DNA of 64,000 nucleotides from Treponemataceae bacterium (lineage in GTDB: Bacteria; Spirochaetota; Spirochaetia; Treponematales; Rectinemataceae). Shown here piece after piece: positions 1 through 11,217 of the stretch. A program made the translations under genes and the position numbers. The first letter of the stretch is position 1. Each line of letters starts with the position of its first letter. The notes below the pieces were generated by a model. The model did no database searches, was not told the origin of the DNA, and saw only the letters and a list, made by a program, of their open reading frames with translations. The DNA is taken from positions 1,568,001-1,632,000 of the forward strand of contig CAXXHO010000003.1 in the NCBI GenBank assembly GCA_963667725.2, given 5' to 3'.

Positions 1-2
1 CG

Positions 3-218
3 GGCGGCCCGCACTTCAGGGTAAGCCACGCGATTTTCGGCGGAGTCGCACTCCTCTTCATGATCGCGATGCCGAGTCTGGGATTGATGATATTCAAATC
101 GAAAGACAAGAAAAAAACAGCCCGGCTCAGAATCGCGCATCGCTGGCTAGGAAGGTTGGCCGCCATCCTCTGCTGCTTTGCCGTCGTCGCCGGGCTAGTC
201 CTTATCGGTGTCCTTTAA
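3..218 (+). CDS. Partial (5'-truncated) small membrane protein, cytochrome b561/DUF4079-like
   Basis: My translation of frame 3: ...SHAIFGGVALLFMIAMPSLG...RIAHRWLGRLAAILCCFAVVAGLVLIGVL*; two TM helices, each with a His. Confidence 0.55.
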   Translation, partial: GGPHFRVSHAIFGGVALLFMIAMPSLGLMIFKSKDKKKTARLRIAHRWLGRLAAILCCFAVVAGLVLIGVL

Positions 219-943
219 GGCTTTTTTTTCACGTTGCCCGATTTTGATCCCAGATAAGCCGCCCGCACGGCGGGGTCGCTCGCAATTTCCCTGGACGGGC
301 CCGATTTCACGATGCGTCCCTGCTCGAGCACATAGGCCCTATCGGCCACCGTGAGCGCCTTGAAGGCGTTCTGTTCCACGAGCAGTATTGTCTTTCCCAT
401 GTCGCGGATCTTGACTATGATTTCGAATACTGTCTGGACAAGCAGGGGCGCCAGCCCGAGCGAGGGTTCATCCATGAGCACGAGCTCGCCGTTGGTCATG
501 AGCGCCCTGCCCATCGCGAGCATCTGCTGCTCCCCGCCCGACAGGGTACCGGCGACCTGATTTTCCCTCTCCTTGAGGCGAGGGAAAATGGAAAAAACCT
601 TGTCCATATCCTCGCGGACGACCTTCTTGTCATTCCGCAGATAGGCGCCCAGAAGAAGATTGTCGGTGACGGTCAGATTGGCGAAAATCAGCCTTCCCTC
701 CGGGACATGACAGATGCCCGACTTGACGACCAGATCGGGCCGTCTTGCCAGCTTGGCGTCTTTATAGAGAACCTCTCCCTGCGAAGGTTTGAGGAATCCA
801 GAAATGGTGTTGAGGAGGGTGGATTTCCCGGCGCCGTTCGCGCCTATGATCGTGACGATCTCGCCCTGCTTTACTTCGAGTGATACACCTTTCAACGCCC
901 TGATGCCACCGTAGGATACGTGGAGGTCGATAACTTTCAGCAT
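215..943 (-). CDS. livF: Branched-chain amino acid ABC transporter ATP-binding protein
   Basis: GANGAGKST Walker A, LSGGEQQM signature, LMDEPSLGLAP; start trimmed to ATG at 943. Confidence 0.93.
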   Translation of the reverse strand: MLKVIDLHVSYGGIRALKGVSLEVKQGEIVTIIGANGAGKSTLLNTISGFLKPSQGEVLYKDAKLARRPDLVVKSGICHVPEGRLIFANLTVTDNLLLGAYLRNDKKVVREDMDKVFSIFPRLKERENQVAGTLSGGEQQMLAMGRALMTNGELVLMDEPSLGLAPLLVQTVFEIIVKIRDMGKTILLVEQNAFKALTVADRAYVLEQGRIVKSGPSREIASDPAVRAAYLGSKSGNVKKKP

Positions 944-945
944 GG

Positions 946-1719
946 TCAGGCCTCCTCTGTGGTGCCGAGATAGGCTTCGATCACCTTGGGGTTGTTCGCG
1001 ACCTCGTCGGCCCCGCCTTCCGCGAGCTTCAAACCGAAATTGAGCACGACAATGTGTTCGCATACTCCCATGATGAGGTCCATATGATGTTCGATGACGA
1101 GGACCGAAAGCTTGAACTCATCCCGAATCCTCACGATGAGCTTCATGAGATGCTCGGTCTCGTCCGGGTTCATGCCGGCGGCTGGCTCGTCGAGCAGCAG
1201 TAGTTCTGGATCCAGGGCCAAGGCTCTGACGATTTCCAGCCTCCGCTGCATCCCGTAGGGGAGATTGTTGGCGACGAGATCCCTTCTGTCCGTGAGGCCC
1301 ATGATTTCGAGAAGCTTTTCGGCCTTCGCCACGAGTTCCTTCTCTTCCTTCCTGAAACGCGGAAGGCGGAAAATCGACTCGGCGATATTGTAGGTAGCGC
1401 TCAGGTGACATGCGGTCAGCACGTTCTCGAAAACGGTCAAATTCTTGAACAGCCTGATGTTCTGAAATGTTCTCGTGATGCCGAGATCGGCGATCTTGTA
1501 GGGGGGAAGCCCGACGACGCTCTGGCCCTTGAATTTCACGGCGCCCTCGGTGAGGGAATAGACGCCGGTAATCAGGTTGAAAATGGTGGTCTTACCGGCG
1601 CCGTTCGGACCTATGAGCCCCACGATCCCCCCCTCGGGAACCGAAAAGGACACATCGTTGACGGCGGCAAGTCCCCCAAAGCGTTTTGTGAGATGGGAGA
1701 TTTCAAGTATGTCAGCCAT
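946..1719 (-). CDS. livG: Branched-chain amino acid ABC transporter ATP-binding protein
   Basis: [41 protein letters not shown]. Confidence 0.93.
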   Translation of the reverse strand: MADILEISHLTKRFGGLAAVNDVSFSVPEGGIVGLIGPNGAGKTTIFNLITGVYSLTEGAVKFKGQSVVGLPPYKIADLGITRTFQNIRLFKNLTVFENVLTACHLSATYNIAESIFRLPRFRKEEKELVAKAEKLLEIMGLTDRRDLVANNLPYGMQRRLEIVRALALDPELLLLDEPAAGMNPDETEHLMKLIVRIRDEFKLSVLVIEHHMDLIMGVCEHIVVLNFGLKLAEGGADEVANNPKVIEAYLGTTEEA

Positions 1720-2647
1720 TGCTGCCCTCCCCGTCCTGGCCGCTTTTCATTTCCTTCAGGGCTTCGAGCCGCGCCTTCCGTTCCATCCTCGCTTTCCGGA
1801 TTCCCGCGGGCGTCAGTTCCATGCCGCCCATGAGCCCCTTGGGACGGGAAATCATGATGAGTATGACCGCGGCTCCATAGAACACGAGTCGCCAGATCTC
1901 GAAAGCGCGCAGGATTTCGGGCAGGGCCGTAAGCAGAAGGGCGCCCAACACGGAACCGGAGATCGAACCAAGGCCTCCAAAGATGACGATGATGGTGAGT
2001 TCTGTGGATTTCGTCATCGAGAACATCTTCGGCTGGAGGAAGGTCATGTAGTGGGCGAAGAAAACGCCCGCCACGCCAGCATAGACGGCGCTTACGATGA
2101 GCGCGATCATTTTATACCTGAATACGTTGATGCCCGATATCTGGGCCGCCAGCTCTTCCTCGCGGACCGCTATCATGTTGCGGCCATGCCTGGACTTCAC
2201 GAGGTTGGCGAGGAAAATGACGGCCAACACGTCGACAAGGATTATGGCAGGCAACGTCGACTTATAGGGAATGCCGGGCCAGCCGCGGGCGCCGCCGAAT
2301 ACCTGCACGTTGTTGAGCACGAGCCTCGTGGCTTCCCCGAAACCGAGCGTCGCGATGCAGAAATAGTCGCCCTTCAGGTTGAGGGTTATGCGACCCAGGA
2401 AGTAACTGACTATGCCGGCGGCGGCTCCTCCGGCGATGACGCCGACGAAGAAAGGAAGCCCCAGGCCCGCGGGAGTCGTCGTCGGCGAAACGGTCATGAG
2501 AGCGCCGATGAAGGCGCCTATCGCCATGAATCCCGCGTGGCCGAACGAGAACAGCCCAGTGAAACCGGTGAGCAGGCTCAAGCCGAGAACGGCGATGAGG
2601 TTGATCCCGGCGAGCATCAGGATGCCCTGGATATATGTCCAATCCAT
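1712..2647 (-). CDS. livM: Branched-chain amino acid ABC transporter permease
   Basis: [35 protein letters not shown] motifs. Confidence 0.92.
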   Translation of the reverse strand: MDWTYIQGILMLAGINLIAVLGLSLLTGFTGLFSFGHAGFMAIGAFIGALMTVSPTTTPAGLGLPFFVGVIAGGAAAGIVSYFLGRITLNLKGDYFCIATLGFGEATRLVLNNVQVFGGARGWPGIPYKSTLPAIILVDVLAVIFLANLVKSRHGRNMIAVREEELAAQISGINVFRYKMIALIVSAVYAGVAGVFFAHYMTFLQPKMFSMTKSTELTIIVIFGGLGSISGSVLGALLLTALPEILRAFEIWRLVFYGAAVILIMISRPKGLMGGMELTPAGIRKARMERKARLEALKEMKSGQDGEGSNG

Positions 2648-2664
2648 CTTATTTCCCCCGGGCC

Positions 2665-3543
2665 TCAGGCCTTGTCCACGGTGTTCTTACCCATGATGCC
2701 GGTCGGCCTGAATATGAGAACGCCTATAAGAATTACGAACGCGATGAGATCGCGGTATTGCGATGAGATATACCCCGCGACGAGGGTTTCGATGATGCCG
2801 AGGATCACGGAACCGATGACGGCTCCCGGCAGGCTCCCCAGTCCTCCGAATACGGCGGCCACGAAGGATTTTGTCGTGATATTCCCGATCTGAGGATACA
2901 CCGTGTACTTCATGCCGAAGAAGACGCCCGCGACCCCCGCGAGAAATCCGCCAAGGCCGAATACGATCAGGATGATCCTGTCCGTGTTTACGCCCATGAG
3001 GGCGCAGGCCTTTATATTATAGGCCGCGGCCTGGATGGCCTTGCCCATTTTCGTCTTTTCTATGAAGAGGATCAGTCCTCCGAGACAGATGGCGGAGATG
3101 AAGAACATTAGGAGATCCAGCCTGCCTATAGCCAATGGTCCGAGCTTTATGGGGATCCTTTCGATCACCTGCGGATAGGTCCTGAACGTGGGACCTATCG
3201 TCGCTATGACGATGTTCTCGAGGAGAATGGAAGCGCCCATCGCGGAAATGATGAAGTAGAGAAAGGGCGCGTTTCGTTCGCGCAATGGCTTGTAGGCTAC
3301 CCTCTCCACCAGTATCGCCAGCAGAGTGGTTCCTACGGTCGCGAGAAGGAAGGCCGCGATAAAGGGAAGTTTCAGCAGCGTGAGCGCGAAGAAACCGAAG
3401 TAAGCGCCCAGCATTATGACGCCGCCATGGGCGAAATTGGAAAAATTCATGATGGAGTAAACGAGGGAATAACCAACAGCCATCAAGGCGTACACGGAGC
3501 CGATCGAGAGCCCGTTTATCAACTGTTGAAGGAACTGAGTCAT
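2665..3543 (-). CDS. livH: Branched-chain amino acid ABC transporter permease
   Basis: [36 protein letters not shown]. Confidence 0.92.
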   Translation of the reverse strand: MTQFLQQLINGLSIGSVYALMAVGYSLVYSIMNFSNFAHGGVIMLGAYFGFFALTLLKLPFIAAFLLATVGTTLLAILVERVAYKPLRERNAPFLYFIISAMGASILLENIVIATIGPTFRTYPQVIERIPIKLGPLAIGRLDLLMFFISAICLGGLILFIEKTKMGKAIQAAAYNIKACALMGVNTDRIILIVFGLGGFLAGVAGVFFGMKYTVYPQIGNITTKSFVAAVFGGLGSLPGAVIGSVILGIIETLVAGYISSQYRDLIAFVILIGVLIFRPTGIMGKNTVDKA

Positions 3544-3692
3544 GGCCTGTCCTCTTTCGGCGGGATGGGTGTCGGCGCGCTCGCTTGACCGGAAAGTCCA
3601 GCGGACGCGCCGCCCGATGAAAAAATCGGGCAGTCCCAAAGCGTCGGAGGCATTCCCCCGACGCTTCGTCGACTGCCCTTTAGCGGCCGCGC

Positions 3693-4847
3693 TTACTCAG
3701 CGGCGTACTTTTCCTGGAATACATACTGGCCATCGATGATCTTGAGGATGGCTGCGTCCTTGCCTTCGGGATTGTGGGTTTCCGGGCTGATATTGATTTT
3801 GCCCGTGATGCCCTGGACCTGGATGCCCTCAAGCGCCTTGGCCAAAGCCTCGCCGTTCACCTTGCCCGCTTTCTCGAGACCGGCGACCAGCAGAAGCACG
3901 GCGTCGTGGACGAGATAACCGTTGAGCTCGGTTTCCTTACCGTATTTGGCCAGGTAGCGCGCTTTATAGTCGGCGACTGACGGATCGGCGTAATCGAGAT
4001 GGTTGACGAAATAGGAACCCTCGACGGCTTTTCCGCCCATGGAGATAAGCTGCTCCGAAGGCCATCCGTCTCCGCCCATCATCACCTGCGTCATGCCAAG
4101 CTCTCTGGCCTGGTTGGCGGAGAGCGCCACTTCCTTGAAGAAGTAGGGCATGAAGATGATGTCGGGATTCGCTGCCTTGATCTTGGAGAGCTGGGGCCTG
4201 AAATCCACGTCGCCGGCGTTGAACGATTCATCGGCCACAATGGTGCCGCCCTTCTTCTCGAAATTCATCTTGAAGAACTCGCGCAAGCCCTGGGAATAGT
4301 CGTCGGACACATCGTAGAGGATGGCCGCTTTCTTGGCGCCCAGTCTGTCGAAGGCATAGCCCGCCGCAACGGCGCCCTGGTAGGGGTCGATGAAGCAGAC
4401 GCGGAAGTTGTAGGGTTTAACCTTTCCGTCAAGGACAGTGACCTTGGGATTGGTCGCTACGGTGGCGATATCGGGAACCTTGGCCTGCTCGAGGACAGGC
4501 GCTATGGGGATCGCGTTTCCGGAGGCGTTGGGACCGAGTATGGCGACGACTTTGTCCTGCCCCGTGAGTCTCTTTACGACATTTACTGCTTCCTGCGCAT
4601 CGCCTTTGTTATCGTAGCCGATGGCTTCGAGCTTGTATTTCTTGTTGCCGACCTGGATTCCGCCCGCGGCGTTATATTCCTCGAACAACATCTTTACGGT
4701 GTTGAACTCGTTTTCGCCCCATACAGCCTGGTCTCCGGTCAAAGCGCCGAACCAGCCCACCTTGATCGTGTCGCTTTTTCCGCTGCTGGCGCAGCCGGCA
4801 AAAGCCAGGGAGACGATGAGAACCAAAGCAAAAATCGCCCTCTTCAT
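3693..4847 (-). CDS. Branched-chain amino acid ABC transporter substrate-binding lipoprotein (LivK/LivJ-like)
   Basis: Signal peptide with lipobox FAGC; type I periplasmic binding protein motifs; first gene of the liv operon; GGAGG RBS. Confidence 0.9.
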   Translation of the reverse strand: MKRAIFALVLIVSLAFAGCASSGKSDTIKVGWFGALTGDQAVWGENEFNTVKMLFEEYNAAGGIQVGNKKYKLEAIGYDNKGDAQEAVNVVKRLTGQDKVVAILGPNASGNAIPIAPVLEQAKVPDIATVATNPKVTVLDGKVKPYNFRVCFIDPYQGAVAAGYAFDRLGAKKAAILYDVSDDYSQGLREFFKMNFEKKGGTIVADESFNAGDVDFRPQLSKIKAANPDIIFMPYFFKEVALSANQARELGMTQVMMGGDGWPSEQLISMGGKAVEGSYFVNHLDYADPSVADYKARYLAKYGKETELNGYLVHDAVLLLVAGLEKAGKVNGEALAKALEGIQVQGITGKINISPETHNPEGKDAAILKIIDGQYVFQEKYAAE

Positions 4848-4958
4848 AATTCCTCCTTGGAATTCAATGCAAACAGCCGACAGTATACTCCCGGAGAGGG
4901 AGATGAACAACCTTTTTTTTCGCCTTGAAAACGGACTTTGAGAAGGTTTTCCCCTTCA

Positions 4959-6794
4959 TCACTCGACGGTCACGCTTTTCGCGAGATTTCGCGGCTGATC
5001 GACGTCCCTCCCGAGTTCCAGCGCGCAGAAGTAGGCAAAAAGCTGGAGCGGCACGACCATGGAGAAGGGATAGAAGCGCGGATCGGCCTTGGGCACTGGT
5101 ATGAAATCGTCGACAAGGCTTCTCGTCTCCTCGTCGCCTTCCACGCCCACGGCGATGACGGGACCTCCCCGCGCCTTGATCTCCCTGATATTGGAGATCG
5201 TCTTTTCGCGAAGGTAGTCGTCCGACACGAGGAAGACGCTGGGAACCTCGGGCGTCACGAGGGCGATGGGGCCATGTTTCATCTCGCCGGCGCTGCAGCC
5301 CTCGGCGTGGATATAGCTGATTTCCTTGAGTTTGAGCGCGCCTTCCAGGGCGATGGGGTAAAGAATGCCGCGCCCGAGGAAGAGAAAGTCCTTCGCCTTG
5401 GAATATTTCCTGGCGATAGCCTGGATGTTGTCGCGCTGCTTCAGGACAGTCTCGACCATCTCGGGAACCTTCTGGAGGGAGACGAGGAATTTCGTCCCTT
5501 CCTCCCTGGACATGTCGCGCATCCTGGCCATGAGCAAGGTGAAGAGATAGAAAGCGGCCAGCTGGCTCGTGAAAGCCTTGGTCGAGGCCACGGCGATCTC
5601 GGGACCGGAATGAACGTAGATGCCGCCATCCGATTCCCTGGCGATCGTCGAGCCCACGACATTGCAGATTCCGAGGACCGATCCGCCTTTTCTCTGGATT
5701 TCGCGCATGGCGTAGAGGGAATCGGCGGTCTCTCCGGACTGGCTCACGGTGAACCAGAGACTGTCCTTTTCCACCACGGGATTCCTGTATCGCAGCTCGC
5801 TCGCCAGCTCCGCGCTGGCGGGAATGCGCGCCACGTGCTCGAGGAGATGGGAGCCGACCAGGCCGGCGTGCCAGCTCGTGCCCGCCGCGATAATTTTCAC
5901 TCTTCCTATTCCGGCGAATCTGCGTCTTTCCATATTGAGGCCGCCCAGCTTGGCCGTCGAATTTTCAGCGTCCAGGCGTCCGCTCAAGGCTCTCGCTATG
6001 GATTCGGGCTGCTCGAATATTTCCTTTTCCATATGGCAGGGATAGGCTCCCTTTTCGATGGAACCCAGCTCCCAGGTGATCTCGTCCACCTTTTTGTCTA
6101 CTTTGCGTTCTTCCTTGTCTATGATGGAGTAACTGTCTTTTCCGATATCGACGATTTCCCCGTCGTTGAGGTAGATGACCTTGTTGGTATAGGCCACCAT
6201 CGCGGTGATGTCGCTGGCGAGGAACATTTCGCCGGCGCCCACGCCCACCACGAGGGGGCTGCCGTTTCTCGCGCCCACGATGCGCCCCGGCTCGTCGGCG
6301 TGTATGACGGCGATGCCGTAGGTGCCCTGAAGGTTCTGGATAGCCGCCTTCACCGCCTCGAGGAGGTCGCCCTTGTAGTATTCGGCGATGAGATGGGGGA
6401 TGACTTCAGTATCGGTCTCGCTCGTAAAGACGCAGCCTTTTTTTTCTAGCATGGACTTCAGCGCGTGATGGTTTTCTATGATGCCGTTGTGGACGACGGC
6501 AATCTTGCCCGAATTGTCGGTGTGGGGATGGGCGTTGGCTACGGTGACGCCGCCATGCGTCGCCCATCGGGTATGGCCTATGCCCCATGTCCCATCCATG
6601 TCGGGAGGAATTGCCGCCTTGAGCGCGGCGATCTTCCCCACCGACTTCACGATGCCCAAAGGATGGTCGGCATAAGCCCTCCCCCCGACGGCGATGCCGG
6701 CGGAGTCGTAGCCTCTGTATTCCAGCCGCCTGAGTCCTTCGAGAAGTATGGATGATGTTTTCCTGGGTCCTGAATAGCCGATTATGCCGCACAT
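4959..6794 (-). CDS. glmS: Glutamine--fructose-6-phosphate aminotransferase
   Basis: MCGI N-terminus, LEYRGYDSAG, GHTRWATHG, C-terminal PRNLAKSVTVE. Confidence 0.98.
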   Translation of the reverse strand: MCGIIGYSGPRKTSSILLEGLRRLEYRGYDSAGIAVGGRAYADHPLGIVKSVGKIAALKAAIPPDMDGTWGIGHTRWATHGGVTVANAHPHTDNSGKIAVVHNGIIENHHALKSMLEKKGCVFTSETDTEVIPHLIAEYYKGDLLEAVKAAIQNLQGTYGIAVIHADEPGRIVGARNGSPLVVGVGAGEMFLASDITAMVAYTNKVIYLNDGEIVDIGKDSYSIIDKEERKVDKKVDEITWELGSIEKGAYPCHMEKEIFEQPESIARALSGRLDAENSTAKLGGLNMERRRFAGIGRVKIIAAGTSWHAGLVGSHLLEHVARIPASAELASELRYRNPVVEKDSLWFTVSQSGETADSLYAMREIQRKGGSVLGICNVVGSTIARESDGGIYVHSGPEIAVASTKAFTSQLAAFYLFTLLMARMRDMSREEGTKFLVSLQKVPEMVETVLKQRDNIQAIARKYSKAKDFLFLGRGILYPIALEGALKLKEISYIHAEGCSAGEMKHGPIALVTPEVPSVFLVSDDYLREKTISNIREIKARGGPVIAVGVEGDEETRSLVDDFIPVPKADPRFYPFSMVVPLQLFAYFCALELGRDVDQPRNLAKSVTVE

Positions 6795-6966
6795 GAACAG
6801 CTCCTTCCGGTCGCGATAGTAGTATGATAGTCGATTATTGCTTTGTGGTTCGGTAAAAAGGAAACCGTAACCAAATTTGTTTCATAATACTGAATCCCGG
6901 CCAAATTACCAGCCATGCTACCGTCCGAAGATTGAAAAAACGCCAAAAAGCTTCTATCGTATCCCA

Positions 6967-7725
6967 ATGGAATTCCAATTGCGGCGTTTCGCGACGGTCG
7001 ATTCCACGATGGATGTCGCGAAAAGTCTCATCGCCCGCGAGGCAAACTCGAGGCTGATCGTCATGGCTGATGCGCAGACGGCGGGCAGGGGCAGGATCGA
7101 AGGCAGATTCTGGGAAGCCGGCCCCGGCACCTCGCTGCTCATGACCCTCTGCCTGAAAGGCGACTTTTCAGCCGCGGAAGCCCCCTCATTGAGGATCGGC
7201 CTTGCTGTCCATGATGTCCTGTCGAAGCATGCGCCCTCCCGCATCCTCATCAAATGGCCGAACGACATCCTGGGGCTGAGCCCCATCGAAGATGGCGCTC
7301 AGCCCCGCTTCAGGAAGCTGGGAGGCATCCTCTGCGAAACTACGGCTGGCTGGCTGCTGGCGGGCATAGGGATCAACCTGAGGAAGAAATCCTATCCCGA
7401 TGCGCTGAAGGAAAAGGCCACGAGCCTCGATGAAGTCGCCAGGACCATGCCGGAAACCGACAGGCTGGCCTCGGCCCTGGCGATAGCCATGGCGGAAGCG
7501 GCCGTGAGCCGGCTGGAGGACAAGGATTGGCGCGAGGATTACGAAAAGGCGCTGTGGGGTATCGGCGAGGAGATCGGTTTCATAGTCGGGCATCCCGAGC
7601 GCGGCGATCAGAAAAAAGGAATAATCCAGGGCATCGACAACTCGGGACGGCTTCTGCTTCTTGGGGAAAAAGGCGAAGCCGAGGCCTTCTGCTCTGGGGA
7701 GATTTCTAGCTTAAAGAGCGTTTAG
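6967..7725 (+). CDS. birA: Biotin--[acetyl-CoA-carboxylase] ligase (class I, no HTH)
   Basis: DSTM, QTAGRGR, KWPND, KLGGILCE motifs. Confidence 0.9.
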   Translation: MEFQLRRFATVDSTMDVAKSLIAREANSRLIVMADAQTAGRGRIEGRFWEAGPGTSLLMTLCLKGDFSAAEAPSLRIGLAVHDVLSKHAPSRILIKWPNDILGLSPIEDGAQPRFRKLGGILCETTAGWLLAGIGINLRKKSYPDALKEKATSLDEVARTMPETDRLASALAIAMAEAAVSRLEDKDWREDYEKALWGIGEEIGFIVGHPERGDQKKGIIQGIDNSGRLLLLGEKGEAEAFCSGEISSLKSV

Positions 7726-7765
7726 CGGCCTAGAAAAAGGCCGCTTTGGAAAGGACCGCCCTAGA

Positions 7766-8692
7766 TCAGGCCACGAAACCGTCCTCCATCGCTTTGATCG
7801 CGAGAAGAAGGCTTTGGTTTATGGGCGCCGACAGTCCGCATTCGCGAGACTTTTCCACGACGACGCGGGCGAAGGCATCCACCTCCGTCTTCCGCCCCGC
7901 TTCCACATCCTGAAGCATGGACGTTTTGCCGCTTCCATTCAAATTGTCTATAGTCGCGAAGATTGTGTCGATATCCTCGGGGACGAGGCCTTTACCCAGG
8001 GCATCGGACAGCGCGATCACTTCCTTCATCGTCTCCGTCAGAAGCATCCTGGCAGGAAGGCTTTTCTGGAACAGGCCGTAAGAGCCGCGAATAAGGGCCG
8101 ACCATTGATTCAAGGCCACGTTTATCATGAATTTGTACCAGAGGACCCTTGCCATATCCGGAGGCGTTGTGTGCCGGATGTTGTGGGCATCGAAGAAGCG
8201 CGAAACCGACGTTATGCGATTTTTAGAAGCCTCCGGAAAGTCCTTTTCAAAGCCGAATCGAATTTCTCCCGGGGATTTGAATTCAATTCTGTTGCCCACC
8301 CTCAAGGCATCGATGGCGATTATTATGGCAAGAGGCACTTTTTCGCGGCCAAATTCGGCGCGAAGGATTTCTTCGCTCGATATGCCGTTGAGAAGCGAGA
8401 TGATTGTCGTGTCCGGACCTATGAAAGGGCGCATTTCCTCGATCGCCCCGGCCAGTCCGTCTGTCTTCACCGATACGATGGCGAGGTCGTAGGGGCCGTC
8501 GACGGTGGCGTCGGCGATCCGGAAAGAATAATGCTTTTGATTGACGATGAAGCCTTCGCGAAGATAGCGCTCCCTGCGTTCTCCCGCGGCGCAGAGGGCT
8601 ACCGCCTGGCTGTTCGCGTCGAACAGTATTGAGGCTACCGCTGCCCCGATGGCGCCGGCGCCGACGACCAGGGCTGATTTTATTTCCTTCAT
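7766..8692 (-). CDS. panE: Ketopantoate reductase family protein
   Basis: GAGAIG Rossmann motif, LLNG, WYKFMINV, SMLQD, TEVD. Confidence 0.85.
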   Translation of the reverse strand: MKEIKSALVVGAGAIGAAVASILFDANSQAVALCAAGERRERYLREGFIVNQKHYSFRIADATVDGPYDLAIVSVKTDGLAGAIEEMRPFIGPDTTIISLLNGISSEEILRAEFGREKVPLAIIIAIDALRVGNRIEFKSPGEIRFGFEKDFPEASKNRITSVSRFFDAHNIRHTTPPDMARVLWYKFMINVALNQWSALIRGSYGLFQKSLPARMLLTETMKEVIALSDALGKGLVPEDIDTIFATIDNLNGSGKTSMLQDVEAGRKTEVDAFARVVVEKSRECGLSAPINQSLLLAIKAMEDGFVA

Positions 8693-8706
8693 GCGTACTC
8701 CTGCGC

Positions 8707-9978
8707 TCAGATGCGGTATTTTCCCAGCCGGCCTTCGAGACGATTCGGGATTCTGCACCGGACGATCGTCCTGTCGTCCTCGGTCTTCTCATCGATGATG
8801 GAACCCTCTCGATGGATGAGGGGGATCAGGGAATATTCAGAATGCGGAATGGCGAGCAGGACTTCCTCCATATCGGAAGTAAGGCTTTTTTCTATGAGCA
8901 GCGCGAGACTGTCGAGTCCATGTCCCGTTTTGGCGGAGACGGCCAAGCCTTCGGGGTGCATTCGCTTCCACTGTTCCAGAGCCTCGGGTTCGGCTATATC
9001 GATCTTGTTGAGCACGAGAATCCTGGGCAGCTCGGCGGCGCCTATCTCGGAGAGGACTTTTTCGGTCGTCGCCATATGGATCTCCACTTCGGGATCGGAA
9101 GCGTCAGCGACGTGGATGAGGAGATCCGAAGCCGAGGCTTCCTCGAGCGTAGCCTTGAAGGCATCGACCAGGTTATGGGGGAGGTTGCGAACGAAGCCCA
9201 CGGTATCGGTGATGAGAAGCGTGGCTCCGGACTTGAGGATGAGCTTGCGCGTCGTCGGATCGAGGGTAGCGAAGAGCTTGTCCTCGGCGAGCACATTGGC
9301 CGTGGTCAGGGCGTTCAGAAGGCTGGACTTGCCCGCGTTCGTGTATCCGACGATGGCCGCCCTCGGCAGTTCGATGCGTTCCCGCCGCCTGCGCTGGACT
9401 TCGCGCGACTTTTTCACATCCTTCATTTCTTCCTTGATTTCATGAATTCTGTGTTCTATCGAGCGGCGGTCCAGCTCGATCTTCTGCTCGCCTGAACCCT
9501 TCGTGCCGTAGCGGCCGCCGCGCTGGCGGGAAAGGTCCTCGTAGGAATGAGCCAGCCGCGGCATGGCGAATTCCAGCTGAGCGAGTTCGACCTGGAGCCC
9601 GGCTTCCCTGGTCAGCGCCCTGGAGGAGAATATTTTAATGATGAGCTCAGCCCTGTCGTAGACTTTCTTGCCCGAAAGCTTCTCCCAGTTTCTCTGCTGG
9701 CTGGGGCTTATGGGGTGGTCGAAAACAATGGAATCCACGTTGTCCGATTTGGCGATGGCCACGATCTCGTCGGCCTTGCCGGTGCCTACGAGGAGGCTGG
9801 CCGTTTTTTCGCGGAGCTTGACGGAGATGGAGTCGACGACCTCGAGACCGAGAGTCTTGGCGAGGCTGCCGAGCTCATGAAGGAGGCTCAATGCCTCCTC
9901 TTTCTTGACCGCGTCGATTTCTATGCCGACGAGAAGCGCCCGCTCAGCCTTGGGGCGCGGATCGAAATATTCGTTCAT
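8707..9978 (-). CDS. hflX: GTPase HflX
   Basis: [26 protein letters not shown]. Confidence 0.96.
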   Translation of the reverse strand: MNEYFDPRPKAERALLVGIEIDAVKKEEALSLLHELGSLAKTLGLEVVDSISVKLREKTASLLVGTGKADEIVAIAKSDNVDSIVFDHPISPSQQRNWEKLSGKKVYDRAELIIKIFSSRALTREAGLQVELAQLEFAMPRLAHSYEDLSRQRGGRYGTKGSGEQKIELDRRSIEHRIHEIKEEMKDVKKSREVQRRRRERIELPRAAIVGYTNAGKSSLLNALTTANVLAEDKLFATLDPTTRKLILKSGATLLITDTVGFVRNLPHNLVDAFKATLEEASASDLLIHVADASDPEVEIHMATTEKVLSEIGAAELPRILVLNKIDIAEPEALEQWKRMHPEGLAVSAKTGHGLDSLALLIEKSLTSDMEEVLLAIPHSEYSLIPLIHREGSIIDEKTEDDRTIVRCRIPNRLEGRLGKYRI

Positions 9979-10976
9979 ACATCTCCGATTGTGGCTACCA
10001 TGACCGCCTTGATGGTATGGAGCCTGTTTTCCGCCTGATCAAAGACGACGGAATGGCGTGAACGGAAGAGTTCATCCGACACTTCCATCTCGCCGATGCC
10101 ATGCTTTTTCTCGATATCCTGGCCCACGGCGGTCTTCGTATCATGGAAGGCCGGCAGGCAATGCAGGAAGACGACATCGGGATTCCCGGTTTTCCTCGCG
10201 AAATCCATGGTGACGCGGTAGTCCTGGAGCTGGGCGATGCGTTCGGCGAACTTCGCTTCCTCGCCCATCGAAACCCATACATCGGTGTAGAGCACATCGG
10301 TTCCGGCCAAGGCCTTATCCACGTTCTCGATGCTGAAGAATTCGATGCTGCCGCCGGTCTTCTCGGCTACCTTGCGCATCTCGGCCGTAAGCGTCTCATT
10401 CGGCCAGAGTTCCTTCGGCGCGAGCGCCACGAAACGCATGCCCATCTTGGCGCTACCGATCATGAGCGCGTTGCCCATGTTGTTCCGCGCGTCGCCGCAG
10501 TAGACCATCTTCACCTTGTTCAGGGGTTTGTGGACATGTTCTTCGATCGTGAGAAGATCGGCGAGGATCTGGGTCGGGTGATCGTCGTCGGTGAGGCCGT
10601 TCCACACGGGCACGCCCGAATATTTCGCGAGATCCTCCACGAGTTTCTGCGAAAATCCCCTGTACTGGATTCCGTTGTACATGCGTCCCAGCACCTTGGC
10701 TGTGTCCTCGACGGATTCTTTTTTGCCCATCTGCGAATTTGTGAGGAAGGTGGCGTTGCCCCCTTCGTCCCAGCAGGCGGTTTCGAAGGCGCAGCGCGTC
10801 CTGGTCGAGGCCTTGTCGAAAATGAGCACTATATTCTTGCGGTATAAGGCGTTCCCGGGGATTCCGGCTCGCTTTTTAGCTTTCAGGTCATGGGACAGGT
10901 CGAGAAGATAGCGGATTTCCTCGGGACTGAAATCCTTGAGCGTGAGGAAGCTGCGACCCTTGAGATTGACGGGCAT
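9975..10976 (-). CDS. argF: Ornithine carbamoyltransferase
   Basis: STRTR, HPTQ, VSMG, HCLP motifs; GGAGG RBS before ATG 10976. Confidence 0.93.
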   Translation of the reverse strand: MPVNLKGRSFLTLKDFSPEEIRYLLDLSHDLKAKKRAGIPGNALYRKNIVLIFDKASTRTRCAFETACWDEGGNATFLTNSQMGKKESVEDTAKVLGRMYNGIQYRGFSQKLVEDLAKYSGVPVWNGLTDDDHPTQILADLLTIEEHVHKPLNKVKMVYCGDARNNMGNALMIGSAKMGMRFVALAPKELWPNETLTAEMRKVAEKTGGSIEFFSIENVDKALAGTDVLYTDVWVSMGEEAKFAERIAQLQDYRVTMDFARKTGNPDVVFLHCLPAFHDTKTAVGQDIEKKHGIGEMEVSDELFRSRHSVVFDQAENRLHTIKAVMVATIGDV

Positions 10977-11101
10977 GTGGTCCTCCAGAATGCGAAGTGG
11001 TTGCCGCATTGCCATACGGCGGCAATGATCCTATATATACCATGCGAAGTCCCGGGTCAAGTACGCGGGCACCTATGAAATATCATAATTATTTACCCAG
11101 A

Positions 11102-11119
11102 AGCGAATAAAATTGCATC
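11102..11119. promoter_or_regulatory. Possible ARG box upstream of argF
   Basis: AGCGAATAAAATTGCATC resembles the ArgR consensus; lies in the argF/aminotransferase divergent gap. Confidence 0.3.
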
Positions 11120-11217
11120 AACTCTCCAGACCTCATGGCGTTTGACTCATCAGCCCTCCTTGGCTATACTAGCTTCTGCGTTCCATCGGTTCATGGAACA
11201 CTCCAAAAGGAGCTGTC

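Noticed and set aside
1577..6449. Long antisense ORFs (e.g. 1577-2893, 3999-4928, 4938-6449) and similar ones elsewhere
   Set aside because: Shadows of real genes in GC-rich DNA; no recognisable motifs or RBS
6795..6966. Possible glmS ribozyme upstream of glmS
   Set aside because: The gap is short, shared with the divergent birA, and I see no conserved ribozyme core
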